A stretch of 64,000 nucleotides of DNA, taken from Oikopleura dioica (taxonomy: Eukaryota > Animalia > Chordata). Within the stretch, counting starts at the first letter, position 1, and every line of letters begins with the position of its first letter. The translations under genes and the position numbers were made by a program. The stretch covers positions 3,348,001 through 3,412,000 of the forward strand of contig OU015568.1 in NCBI GenBank assembly GCA_907165135.1, given 5' to 3'. Shown here piece by piece: positions 22,083-34,802 of this stretch. Under the pieces are notes generated by a model. That model ran no database searches, had not been told where the DNA came from, and worked only from the letters and a program-made list of their open reading frames with translations.

Positions 22083-23706
22083 CTAAAATGAGGTTTTCGC
22101 CTGCCATTCTTCCCAGGCTTCGGTCCATTCTTGTTGCTCTTGCTTCGTTCCAAGCTCAAGAATATCCGCTTTTGTCAGGGCTAGGTAAGCCTTATCCGCG
22201 ATCGCGCGTTTTCGAGCAGCAAGGACTGAAAAAAATTGCTCATTTTTTTCTCTAAATCTTTGAAAACTTACAGTCTTTCTTGTACTGTTCTGTCGAGAGC
22301 GCGAATTCTTTCTCGAGCTTCTTTTTGTTCTCGCTTGTCATATTTTCGAAAATTTCCTTCGTGGACCCTGGGAGCTTCATCTTCTTCGTAATCTGCAGTT
22401 TATTCGTTCTGATAGGGAAACTCCGCTGCTTTCGGATATTTTTGCGCATTTCCGTGTCTGAGATCTTTTCAATCTTCAAAATTGGGTCGATTTCTGGAAC
22501 ATAAGCGTCAAAAGCGGCGGTTTTCTTCTCCCAAAAGTTCTGGAACTCGAAGAGATCAGAGTCTTCCCCGTGAAGGATGATTTCTTCTTTAGTCAAAAGA
22601 TTCCAGTTTCGATCGTTGAGAAGCTTTTTCGCGATCGCTCCGTTTCTAGCGTCGTTTTCCGCGGTTCTTTGAAGATGCGTTTTCTCGGCAATTTCCTTAG
22701 AAAAGGTAAGAAAATACAAATGAAGAGCGCTACCTTTTGAGCTGGAGAAAGTTTATTCCAAGCTTCGCTAACATCCGCTGCAGATAATTTTTGATCCTTG
22801 AGCTTTTGCCGCAGTTCTCTGGCGAACATGACGAAGGGATTTGGCAAGCGTCTGAAACCAAGGGCTTCTCGCTCTTTTTTAGTGATTTTCTTGTCGTTTT
22901 GCTTCAGTTGTTCGATTTCTTTCCTCGCTAGAATCGCGGAAACATGCGGAATGTAGCTAAAAAGGTTTAAGGGTGTAACTTGAGGACAATTTTTACCTGT
23001 TGAAAAGAGTTCGATCGATCATTTGATCGTTTTCGGAGGCATTTTGGTCGAAGAAAGCGGGGATCCAGTGAGTTTTCTCGTATTTTCTTTTGAATTCTTC
23101 AGCTTTTTCAATGTCGCAAGAAAAGTAAGCAGTTGCTAAAATGGTTTATTACAGATAAATGAAACAAAACGGCAGGAAAGCATAAATCTGCTTCTAATTA
23201 TCCGAAGCCGCAAGCCGCTTTTTGGTTGCTTATCAACTGTCTTTTTTACCTAGATCAAGGAAAAACTTCTCATCTTCAGGGGCAATCGCGGCAAATTGCT
23301 CCGCTTCTTCAACAAAATTCAAAAGCTGGCAGGAAGACACATTTTCGAAGTCCTCGATTTTCCCGATGCCGGAAGAAGCCGCGATTTGGGAGACTTTCTT
23401 GAGCTGGAAATCGCGGCGGTTGTTCTTGAAGTTGGTGAGCTCTTGGTCGGAGAGGGATTCGAAGGGTTTGGATGGATTCAGAGAAGCGTAGAATTCGGGA
23501 TCGGAAAGAGATTCGGAGACAGAAGCAGCGGCTTAATTTGATCATTTGAAATTAATGGACGATAATTTAACGTCGATAAATAAAACATAAATTTTATTCT
23601 GAGTGACAATATATTTTTAATGCGAACTCATTAACTTACCCAAGTCATATCGCCAGCCTCGTTTGGAAGCAATCTCCGCTAAATATCGAAGATTTCTTCT
23701 GATCAT
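22083..23706 (-). CDS. HMG-box protein with a basic presequence-like N-terminus (TFAM-like candidate)
   Basis: Exon 1 MIRRNLRYLAEIASKRGWRY; HMG box RRLPNPFVMFARELRQKL...VSEAWNKLSPAQK; a weaker second box-like segment; frame-preserving short introns; stop at 22083-22085. Confidence 0.65.
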
Positions 23707-24068
23707 TTTTCTCTAAATTTTCTCTTTCAAAAATTCCGAATTCAGCGCGGCGCGGTGATCCTCCGAGTCAGAAGAGCGCTTGCTGGAAGACCCGCGGTGG
23801 CTGGAAGATCTTTTGTTTGAAGACAAAAAGAATAATTACATGAGAAGGATTTGGGACATTATTGGTGACATCATGAACTGACGAAAAGGAGGAAATAGTT
23901 GTGTCAGAAATATTCGAATTCCTATGCTAGGAATATGCATTTTGACGCCATTTCCATAGCGATATTTGTGTGTGTCAATAAAGCAGAAATATCTCCTTGG
24001 AACCATTTGCTAAACAATTTAACGATTTTTTGAACAGAGAGGAAGCTCTTTATGCTTATTGATAAAAA

Positions 24069-24651
24069 ATGACTGTAGTAGTCGTTGAACCTCAGCCAGT
24101 TGTTTACTACCAAGATCCGATACCGACTTACATAGAGCCAGCTTATCCGGGAACATTCAAATATGGGCTTTTCGATACTTGCTGCGAATGCTGCATTCAT
24201 CTCGAGATGCTCTTCTGTTGGTACCTTAGAGTTCAAACGGTAGCAGAGTACTTTGGAAGTTCTGGAATTGGATGGTGCTTGCTAAGCGTCTGTTTTCCTT
24301 GGGTAAGCTTCTCCATCGACCAAATTTTCTTTGATAAAAGTGACTTTTAGTGCACAATTGCCTTTCAGCGACAGAAAGTCAGAGAAATGCACATGATTGA
24401 AGGACACTTATGTTCCGATTGCGCTGTTGCTACTGTAGCCTGCCCTTGTGCGCTCCTCCAAATTGAAGGAGAAGCAAACGGTTAGCTTGAAGTTTATGAA
24501 TTTGATTCTGAGATATTCAGGCTTTATTAAACCTGCTTGTGGAGGATGTTGCGGCGGTGGCCGTAATGATGATACTTCTTGCTTGCGAAAACTTTGCTGT
24601 TGTTATCTTTGCTTGAGGAGACTCAATGGAGGAATCGAACCAATGGAATAA
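24069..24651 (+). CDS. PLAC8/cornifelin-family Cys-rich protein
   Basis: FKYGLFDTCCECC...FC, RQKVREMHMIEGHLCSDC, CPCALLQ, plus an extra C-terminal Cys cluster. Confidence 0.8.
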
Positions 24652-24776
24652 ACTGTTTTTACTCGCTTAACTCCGCTCAGAAAATTTGAAACACTTTTTC
24701 GATAGAATAACTCTATTCAAACAACTTCGATTAACTTTCGATCAATTTCACACTGATTCAACAGAAGAGAATCTCT

Positions 24777-25879
24777 TCAAGAGATGTTTCGCTCAAGAAT
24801 ATTTCGCTTGTAGCCGAATAATTTCATCATAACTTTGCATTTAGCCTCAATTTCTTTGATTTCCTTCGATTTGACAAGAGTGCCAGTTTTTCTTCTCCAG
24901 CCATCAAAAATTTCGCTTTCATTTTTTGCTTTATTGACAGTAAAGATACCCTTTTGATCTTCCGTTTCCGTATGAGTTGCATTTTCAAAATTCCGAAGAA
25001 GATCATCGTTGAGTGGGATTCGAAAATGATCATAAATATATTTCGCTGACTCAATTGGAGTTCTAGCAATATCTTCGTATCGAACGAAAAGTGTGTTTTC
25101 CCGAGTCTTGGAATCAAGGAAGAAATCAAGGTTCTTGGCGCAATCTTTGTAGATTCCTTCTTTTGTCGCTTGATCTTTATACAGAGGCCCCATTTTTCTT
25201 CGAGAGACGAGCATGCTTCGAGGATCGCGAACTAATCTGATGATTTTGAGGTTATATTTTGGATCGAGCAACTCATAGAGTTCTTCAGGTCCCTCTAGGC
25301 GAAAGTCTTTGATAGCTACTCCCTTACGATCTCTGCAGAATTGTTGAAGTTTGTCTTTCCCTTCTGCTGATTTGAATGGATCGGGACATTCCTCAGAACA
25401 CCACATTTTTCCTTTGGAACAAAATGGTGGACTGCAAAGAGTTTCTGATCCAGACCAGTGTCCGATTGTTGGTTTCAGATGGTGTTTGGAGATTTTATGG
25501 TCGTTTTTGCGATTTTTCGGTATTTTACAGTCGTATGCTTCTTTGAGAATGTCAGTATAGTTGGTAACACTTCCAGTTAATGGTTCAAAGTACTTATTCA
25601 GGCTCAATCAAGGCAAGAAGGAATCTTTAAAAATGACAATGAGAGCCCTGCATAGAGAAAATCAGGATTTTGGTCAAAAATTGAACCCAAAAATGAGGAG
25701 CCAGAGCGAAAGGATGCCGATAAATAGATATTTTGACGATTGGTCCCAGTGTTTTCCTGTTCTTCGATTTGTTCTTTTTCGGAATAAGAAAATTCCGACA
25801 GCTCAGTAAAGCTGACAAAAGAAATCAAGGCAAAAACTAAAAGGAGAAAAATAATCGAAACTTTCTCTTTCTTCAACAT
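24777..25879 (-). CDS. Carbohydrate 6-O-sulfotransferase (CHST1/3/5-like), type II membrane, intact motifs; one GC-AG intron (25593-25651)
   Basis: TM IIFLLLVFALISFV; 5'-PSB ASFRSGSSFLGSIF; NPDFLY|YFEPL; 3'-PB IIRLVRDPRS; VRYEDIA; LFGY. Confidence 0.9.
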
Positions 25880-26086
25880 TTCATTTTTTGTGATGATTTC
25901 TTAGAATGACCCGGGTTATAAAAGCGTTTATATTTTGTTAAATTCAAATATTCGCACGACCCCAAAACCAATTGTGTCCGTAAATCATTTTCAAGTAGGA
26001 TTTTATTAACAGATTGAGGTCAACAAGTATACAGCATGGATTGGTATATTCACGTCTCGCAAAAATGAATCTTCATTTTTCCCGAG

Positions 26087-28384
26087 TTATTTTAACTTCT
26101 TCGTCCTATTTACAAAAAAAGAATACTTACTCGACTGCCATTTCTTTATGCTCTGGCGTCATTTTCAAGTCGTTAGCTTCGGCGGAGGTAATTTTCGTCG
26201 AGAAACGGACCACGTGAGCATCAGGCACCTGAAGAGAACATGAAATTTTGATCTTACTTTCTGCAGATTATTTTGTAACTTGATTATTTAATTCACAACT
26301 GGCGAGGAGGACTTTCTGGAGAAGAATCGAATAATAATAAATGAAGCTGACAGCTTCAGATTTTAAGATAAGAAAATTTCTCATAAAAAAGACGATTTTT
26401 TGAAAATTATTAACTTTGAAATCGAAATTAAAAGTTGGAGATTTTTTACCTTTTCATCGTCGCTCGGTCCAGTCAGCTCATGAATCGAGTTTGGGCTTTG
26501 AATCGACCCCCTGGATCCATAAGCCGAGTCTCCCTTCGGCGTCCTTTCTCCTTCCAGCTCTTCAGATCCTCTCCTTTCGATCTTGCAGGGACTGTCTCGT
26601 CCGAGATCCCCCTCGTCTTCCGTCCAAGCGGACACTTCCGAGCGAACGGATTTGAAGCTCGCTCGGCGGGTGATTATCGGATGCGGCGTCGAGGAGCCGT
26701 CTTTTCGCTGCTTCGGCCGTCGCTTTGGAGTTTTCAATCCTTCGCCAATTGTTTCGACGTAATTCAAAACTGGGTCGAAGGCGATTTCGGACATGTCAGC
26801 TAAAGAAAGCATTAAATTAAAGAAAGGGTTCTTAAGTTCATAATTTGAGAAGTTTTCTTTGAAAATTATACCTCCGAAGAAAGAATAATTTTATTTATAA
26901 AACATGTCAGATCAAATGTCAAAATAAGCTAGCGATAATAGAAATTATTACCTTGGCTCTCGGGATAAGCTTGTTGTTGGTGCTGTTGCTGATAAAACTG
27001 CTGATAATATTCGCCAGCGTAGTAGGGATCGTAAAGTCCTGAATACGAAAAAAAATGAGATAAGAAGAGGAGGAGGATGGGGTTTTAGTAGACGTGTTAT
27101 TTTTTCCGAAAATGGAAGGAAAAAGGTCTTTTTAATTTCAAAATTGATTCAAAAGAGGTCCAACTCAGCGACCTTTGAGCCAAAAATTTCAGCCAAATTC
27201 TCCGTGAAATTCACTCTCAGCCATAAATTACTGAAAAAAGTTGCTGGAGAAGGGGTTCCACGGACGGGAATGGTTCTCGAAGGCGCGATTTCATTAACCC
27301 CGAACTGGGCGTCGGCGTCATTTTTGCCAAATTCTTTCAAACATGAGCAAAGTTGAGAATATTGCATTTTTGAAAGAGAGAGCGAGAAATTCTAGCGTCT
27401 TCGAATTTTTCATTTTTCTAAAATTTTCTTCGAGAAAAAAATTTTTTAACGAATATTCAAAATCATCACTTTTAGGTGATTTTAAGTTGATTTAGAACCC
27501 TGCGCTAGAAAAAAAAAAATGAGCCAAATGATCTTCGACGGGTTAAAAACGTACCTTGTTGCCTGTAGTGCTCTAAATAAGCTTCTGGGTATTGCTGCGC
27601 CATATCAAATTGTGCTTGTTGCATCATATTCCCATACGCGTCATTTTGCCAAGCGCCAGGAGCCTGACCTCCGTGCGCTTGTGGGTTAAACTGAGGCTGC
27701 GAGAAATAATGAGGAGGATAAGATTGAGTTAATGTGTTAGGATGGGGAAGATTAGGGTTATGAGGAAAGGGGCCTGGAGGAAAATGGCCTGGAGAAGAAA
27801 TGGGCCGTTTTTGGAGCCTAGCGCGTTGGCGCCGTTTTTGCCGAGAAATGTACAGTAATGAGCAAATACAGCCGAGCAAGATGGCGATTCCACCTTTTTG
27901 CGGGTTATCAACGATTCCGGAAATGTATCATCGAGAGCCTTAAGGGCCTTACAAAGACTTGACATGGGTATTATTCAGTACAGTACCAATAATCGTTGAA
28001 AGAATTGATAAAGATGCAAAACCACGTTGCTAGAATTCAACAAAGAGGGGCATCATTGATAACCTTTCCTATCGCTCCAAGAGCCAGTTTTAGATTCCTA
28101 ACCGTCGAAAATTGCGGCGGATCGGTATTGATCCTTGTCCAATTTTGCGAATTCTCAAGTACCAGTTCTTCTTCAAACTGCGGATTCTGATTGTTGAGGA
28201 TTTCGACTTCCGGAATGCTTGTTGTGCCTTCAGAAGTCGTTGAGGTTGATGGCGTCGGTTTCATTTTCCCGGCTCTCGAGTTTGAGTTTTGGAGCTGATC
28301 GCGAATTTCCTTGAGTCGAGCGGAGCCGGTTTTAACCCGCTGCTGCGCGGGCTTCTGGTTCTGGCCGGTATCTGGTTCTTCCAT
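26087..28384 (-). CDS. Unknown single-pass membrane protein with a Pro/Gln/Tyr-rich then Ser/Arg-rich cytoplasmic tail; 5' end uncertain
   Basis: Canonical splicing gives ...LSILSTII|GGIAILLGCICSLLYI-SRQKRRQR (TM plus basic stop-transfer), then PPGPFP, YPEAYLEHYRQQ, YYAGEYYQQFYQQQ, RRASF and RRGS. No family recognised. Confidence 0.6.
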
Positions 28385-29322
28385 GGTCGTCTGTTTTATT
28401 TTCGAAGAGTTCTGAAGGAAATGATGAATATGATGTTATATTTGAAAATTATTTGCTTGTAGAAGTTGATAGGTTAAAATAACTGCGACTCTAAATCACG
28501 CGGAAAAAAACAGAATTTGCATGAAATGGTTCAAAAATCGCGACCACAGGGAATCAGATAAAGTGCCAAAAAATGACACCGGGAGTGACCCTTTCTACAA
28601 CCAGAGATTCCTGTAGAGTGGTATGTGGAATGTGTCGGTAATGTCAGGACCGCGACACATTCCGTCTTGGTTTAGCATCTTCATCGGTGACAACATTTTT
28701 GGAAGAAAACAGAGAGGTAGAGAAAATATCAGAATTGCGTATGGGAAGCGAACAAGGAAAATTGCCAAACAATGAAGGGCGAAAAACGCACTCGATTTTG
28801 TATCACTGGGAAAAGGTAAAAAACCGTAATTTGATCCTGAAAAACATGATCGTTCATGAGAGTCAGATGCAGCTGTATTATGGGTTTTCCTCGCTAAACA
28901 AAATTTTTTAAATTATGCGTCGTTTTATTTTGGAATCTAAAAAATGCGCTGCAATTTTTACCTTCAAAACGTGTTTGTGGTTTTCAAAAAGGGAGCCTCA
29001 ATTGAATGTTAGAAGCACTTTAATTTGCGACGGGTTTTATCGAAAAGAGAGATACATTACAATTGAATGAGCAAATTGCGGCTTCTCTCTCTAAAACGAA
29101 ACGAAATTTATGCGTCGACCGGTTGTTGAAATGACAAACGAGCTCACCAGGGCTCAAATAGTTTTGACATGAATGATCATTAATGAGCCACGAATGATCG
29201 ACGGATTGAAAAGTTGTGGCGAGCCCTAGAGGTTCTATTAAGATATTGTCTCGTTTTTTCGTCTGCCTTTCAAAATTGGGGTCCCCAAGGGAGGTTAGGC
29301 TTACTCTAAGGGGCTCCTTCTT

Positions 29323-29351
29323 TTAGGGTCAGGGTTAGGGTTAGGGTTAGG
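29323..29351 (+). repeat. Short interstitial telomere-like (TTAGGG)n tract
   Basis: ttaggg tcaggg ttaggg ttaggg ttagg. Confidence 0.85.
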
Positions 29352-30036
29352 TTTACCAAGTTAATATGGGCTCTGAAAATGTCAGTAAAAGCTTTTTATC
29401 TTGAATAAAAACATGCATATTCGATAAATCAAAGCCCAATACCTGGACTTTGCGGTGGCTCTTGAATTTTTAGTAGAACTTCTAATCCGAATTACGGCTA
29501 GATCGGCTAGATCGTGAAAATCTCTCGCCCGATCAAGTTTCGAATTCCACCTCAATCGGATTCTCCTAAAAAATCCTCCACTTTTCGAGCCACGTAAAAA
29601 TAATTGCTTTAACAAAAGATTTTCGCAATTTAAATTTTTTGTATACAAAGAGCTTCAAACAAGAAATGCGCTGCAACCGCAATTTTGTTAAACCAAATCG
29701 CAAAATATTTATAATTTTTAAAACCCAGCTAGTTTTAGAATGTTTTTAAGAAAACTGAAAAATAAGAAGAATTTATTACGGAATTCTTAAAATTTTAAAG
29801 CCTTCAAGTTTTTTTTCAGCTGACGTTATCCTGTTCCACTTATTTTCTCAGATGTCAAGGAGCGTAATTTTTGACATTCTATTTTGACATTTCGACAAAG
29901 TAAGTCATGTCATACTGAATAAACGATACTAAATGCTCGCGCTTATATGAACAGTGTTTTTGACTCAACATTTTCTGAAATCATGGATGAGAAATAGAAA
30001 AGAAAGTTTCACATTCGTCGCTTTATTTGAGTACAT

Positions 30037-30072
30037 TTAGGTAAGGATTAGGGTTAGGGTTAGGTAAAGGGT
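30037..30072 (+). repeat. Short degenerate (TTAGGG)n tract
   Basis: ttaggtaaggattagggttagggttaggtaaagggt. Confidence 0.8.
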
Positions 30073-31133
30073 TGATTTTCCTCTTTTTTTCAACCCTTTT
30101 TTCGGCATTTTCTTCTGTCGATTTTCCCAGAAAAATCATTCATCTATCATTTTGCCCAATTTTCGCGTCACTGCTTTCTTTCCCATGAAGTCCGGAAATG
30201 CGAGAAATAAGCGTCAGTAAGTCGATTTAAAAATTTCAACTTTTCCCTTTCCCACAGAGCGGACTAAGCGGACGTCAAACGTGCCATTTTAGGAGTCCTC
30301 TATTTCTAATTTGACGTGGGGACAACTTATCAAATTCATCAATCCCCGTCAGTATCAATTTTCCGATCGTTTTTCAAAAATAACTCGCGAAAAAGACCAC
30401 TTTTTATTTGATAAATGAAAAAAGAGATTCTGAATCTCTAAAAGTGGGAAAACCCCAAAATCCTAATTTTCAAATGCCAGTAAAATGCGGCCAAAAACTT
30501 TCACTTCCGGTGGCCGCGAAAATTATTGAAATTTTTCAATGTCAAAATTTCAATTTCCGGCGCGTTATTCTTCGAAACTTATCGAATTTTCTTCTTATCA
30601 GTGATAAGGGGAGATGATTTCCTTGTTCGGAATGTAAAACTTGTAATTCGAAGCCGCAAGATTCTTTAATCATCTTAATCGTTTATTACTTCATCCTCAT
30701 TTATCATCAAACACGTCCTCTTTCCGGCCCTCTCTTTCTCTTCTTTGCCTCCCTCAAGTGCCTTGTCGAGATTGTGATTCTTGGCTTTAGGCTTAACCCT
30801 AGAGTCTACTCGGCTCGAGTTATTACGTAGAACGAACGTGGACGAGGGTTGACCTTGCCGCTCAGCGCAAAATATTATTCCTAAAGCTAGAGAGCGTTTT
30901 CCAGGTGGAAGATGGGCGGTTATTTGCTCGCTAAAAGTAAGCGTATTTGGACGAGTTTAGCGCTCGATTTTTGCGTCACAAGATAAATCAACGAAGAAGA
31001 GCCAGAAATTGGAAGATTTGCGGTTTCTTCATAAATCAGATTTTCTTCAGAACTGTTCTAAAGCTCTCTTCTTTGTCAACCGAAGGACTAAATCTCGACC
31101 CTTAAAAATGTCTTGTACTGAAATATGGTTGTA

Positions 31134-31861
31134 GGCGGTCACCTGGGTTTTTAAACCCAGAGTCGCAAAATGCCCAGTTTGGGATTACTAGTCCCAGGAG
31201 GCAAAATTCTTGAGTCTGGGTTTTTCAAAACCCAGGCTCGCCACTTCTGCGAGCCTGGGATTGTCAAACCCAGGTTACCGCGTTTTATCAATAAGTTGAG
31301 CCCGGGTTTTTTTTTGCTTGACCAAACAAGTTTCTAGGGTTCACAAGCTTCAGAGGATAAGAAAAAAGACAGATTCGGCAGCAGAAAATTACTAAATCTA
31401 AGTGCCCCTAGCCACGGGGCTTCGCCCCTTAGGCCCTAAGATGCCGGGGTCTAGTCTATGGTTACTTAGGGTTACCTTCGGTAACCCTAACTAACCCTAG
31501 CCTATCCCCCTCGGGTAAGACTGTTCCGTCATTTTGCACAGTGCCCCCTAACACTAACCTCAAGTTATAGAAAGTACTTAAAAATAAATGTTTTTGTCTT
31601 AAAAGTAGGTGTTTAGCAGGATTGGTAGAAATTTTATCTTTTTTTTATTTCTAGACGACGTGGAAATTGTTTTGGTACGAGCAAAAAACCCAGGTTCAAC
31701 TAACTGATAAAATGCGGTGACCTGGGTTCGGCAAACCCAGGGTCACAAAAGTGGTGAGTCTGGGTTTTGAAAATCCCAGACTGAAGAATTGGACGATCTG
31801 GGATTGGTAATCCCAAACTGAGCATTTTGCGACTCTGGGTTTAAAAACCCAGGTGACCGCA
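31134..31861. mobile_element. Foldback element with about 200-bp arms made of CTGGG..CCCAG mini-hairpins; spacer holds telomere-like motifs and hairpins
   Basis: The left end gcggtcacctgggtttttaaacccagagtcgcaaaatgc (from 31135) is the exact reverse complement of the right end (to 31860). TA lies at 31132-33 and 31862-63. Confidence 0.88.
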
Positions 31862-33329
31862 TACCACCTGAAATATGCCTCGGTTTTCTCCCCCCTCTAG
31901 AGCTCGGTAGGAGCTTATCAGGTGCCTTTCAAGTCGGATTATGCAAAGTTTCTTACTGATAAGCTCCCTTTTCGCGCCTCTAGAAATTCTCCAGATGCTC
32001 CTTAGTTTTGCAAATATACCGATAAGAAGAAGAACCCTCTTTCTTATCAAATGATTGACCATAAAATGATAATGGCTCTCTCAATCGCGTCCATTAAAGT
32101 CATTCTTAAATGGTCAACCCTTTTCCTCTTAAAGAGATTAAATAAAAAGAGAGCGTAGACCGGTTCATCTGTCAAGCCGCGGTTCTCAATCTAACCACCT
32201 TTGGCCCCCCAATTAGCGGTCACGGGGCAGCGACTTTTCGGGTACCGACTCTCGGCAGGTGCTCACGGGTCTTATCGCTAAAATGACCAGGCTTAAAACG
32301 GGAGGGGGAATTTAGATTAATACTTCCGCAAAGTGAAAGTGAAAGAAAGATTTTAGCAATACAGAAGAAAAAAGGGATCAGCTTGAAAATCCGATAAAAA
32401 CACGATACGGTACTGTTTTGAAAATCCAATCAACCTTGCGCTGGAATTTCCGAAATTCCTGCCGCAAAAATACAAAAAGGATGGAATGAAACAACGCTCT
32501 CCCGCAACGTGCAACGGTTGTTTTCCTTTCCCGCTGCTGTCATTGTTTGTTTTGTCTGGCAGACAGGTTCAAACTCTTGTTTTTTGATTAGCTCGATGAA
32601 TTTTGATTGGAAGCTGTTTTTTGCTTGTATTGACTTCTAATGAGCTTGAATATAAACTGCAACGTCATCAAAAACGCTTTTTCGGAGAGATACCCTTAAC
32701 GATTTTTTCACTAAAGCGATGAATCTGTTCTTCATGACTTTTCAATTAGAACTGAACATTTTTAAAGCCGCTTTAGCTTCAAAAAACGTAGATTTTAAAG
32801 TCATCCGCGGCCTTTTGCAAGCCTGCCGTGCTTAACTCTAATCCGGCTACCACGTCATAAAAGGGCTCTGCATGTATAACACCGATTATGTCAATCCGGC
32901 TTCAAGATAAAATGTTAGAAAACTCCCTTTTACAAATTGCCCTTCGTTAAATTGTCCATTTCAAAGCAAAAACAAGCTTTTTTCGAGACAAAAAAAAAAC
33001 GATTCTTGATATTTTAATTGACTTCTTATTTTGAAGAAATAACAGTCTTCCCTCCAAACAGTTATTAACGACTCTGTTTTCAGACAACCGTTAGCGCATT
33101 TCTCGCATAATTCCGCCAAATAATTGACCACCCGTAAATAGCGCGGTTCAAACATGACAGAATCCACGCCATTGTTCGTGCATTTTATAAAACGGCACTT
33201 ATTCTTTTTTTAAAGAGACTTGTAAGACATTTTAGCATCTGTTGGAAACAAGTTGATTACTATTGGTGCACTCAAAAAGAAAACAAGACAAATGGCTTTT
33301 TGAAAGTAATTTTAAACAATATTTTTAGA

Positions 33330-33500
33330 GAAGAAAATATTTTTAATATTATTATTAATATTAATAACAATATTTAAAATTTTTATTATATAATATTATA
33401 ATTAATATTAATATCAATATTTTATATTTATATTCAAAATTATGAATAATTTGCTTTATGAATTTATTTAATAAATTAATATTATTATTATTATTTTTTC
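33330..33500. repeat. Extremely AT-rich low-complexity tract
   Basis: Near-pure A/T (attattaata..., ttattattattatt). Confidence 0.7.
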
Positions 33501-34577
33501 TGACTATTTAGAGCCCAAAAATATTTACCTTATCAATTTTGAATTTCTGCTAAATCTTCAGTCTTGGATTTAACTGCGTCGTTTTCTGAAATAGAGAGTC
33601 AGTTGATAAATATTTGAAAGGGTTTATTTTTGTTGATCCAGACACAAAAAAACCCATTATGAATCATTTTACTGCAATATTTTTCTAACAGCATGAAGAG
33701 CATTTAAAATGACCGCTCAATATTAATATGAAATCATATTGATTCTATGATGCCGGGGCGCGAACTTATGGCGATTCGAGTCCATTACGAAGTGAAAGAC
33801 AAAATATCGACGATATTGATGATGGTTTTCAATTTGCGTGGTTGAGGTTGACTTTTCAAATCTGATTTGTCTCATAAGAGATTGTCAAAAATAGCGAGAC
33901 AAGGATAGAGAGGTTGAAATGACAAATGAGGTAAGAAAAAATCTGCTGGTTTTTTAACCCTCTAGGACATTTTGACCGTATTTTTGGTGGATTTGAGAAC
34001 AAAAGATTTGAAAATTTCTAAGGACAGGGTAGGGTCCGGCATGATTAGGACCAAAAATTTAATTTCAATGAAACTTCACGATTCCACTAATTCGATCCTA
34101 AGGAATTCAATTCCGTTCACTGATTCTCCCAAAAACCCCCCATTCAGCCCTTTTCAGGGCTTTAATGAAAATTTAAACGGAGAGCCAAGTGCGCTCTGAT
34201 TGGTCAGCTCCGCCGAGCGATTTTAAATACTGCCCGAATGATTCCCTTGGTGGCTCAAATGTTAGCGCTCTCGCTTGACAAGCAAGAGGTGGTGAGGTCG
34301 AATCACCTAAAATCAAATTTTTTTTCATCGAATTTTCCTCCAAAAAGAAGACCATAAAATGCAAAGTCACACTTTTTTGAGGAAAAATATAAGCTATTGA
34401 ATAATTTTCGTTATTAAAAAAAATTTAATTGTAAGATAATAACCATAACGAACCTAGAAATAGGGATAATTTTAATTTTCATGTAAATGGGTGTGGGTGG
34501 GGTTGGGGACAAAACTGAGATTGATCACCTCAGAGTTAAATGCCTTTGTCAAGCCCCTTAAAGTTAAAAATCAAGGA

Positions 34578-34802
34578 ACGGGGCTGAGACGGCCCGAAGG
34601 TAGGTAGTTAGAAGTTAGGTAGTGGTTATGCTAGGTTAGAGTTAGGGTTAGGTTTATGGGTTAGGGTTAAGGTCAGGCTTGAGAACAAAAACAAACGAAT
34701 TATTCGTTTTAAAAAACGAATTACTCGTTGGAAACAAGGAATTATTCGGTATGTAACGAATTATTCGTTTGGAAAACGAATTATTCGTTCCAACGAATTA
34801 TT
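34578..34802 (+). mobile_element. Composite element: degenerate TTAGGG tract followed by six quasi-palindromic AACGAATTATTCGTT units (about 20-bp period)
   Basis: ggttagagttagggttaggtttatgggttagggttaagg, then units at about 34694, 34715, 34736, 34755, 34775 and 34792. The TE nature is inferred. Confidence 0.6.

Noticed and set aside
27880-28070. Two-TM model with a GA donor for the orphan membrane protein
   Set aside because: Canonical introns give a cleaner single TM (LSILSTIIGGIAILLGCICSLLYI).
33745-33800. tRNA B-box-like GATTCGAGTCC
   Set aside because: No A-box spacing or cloverleaf could be folded.
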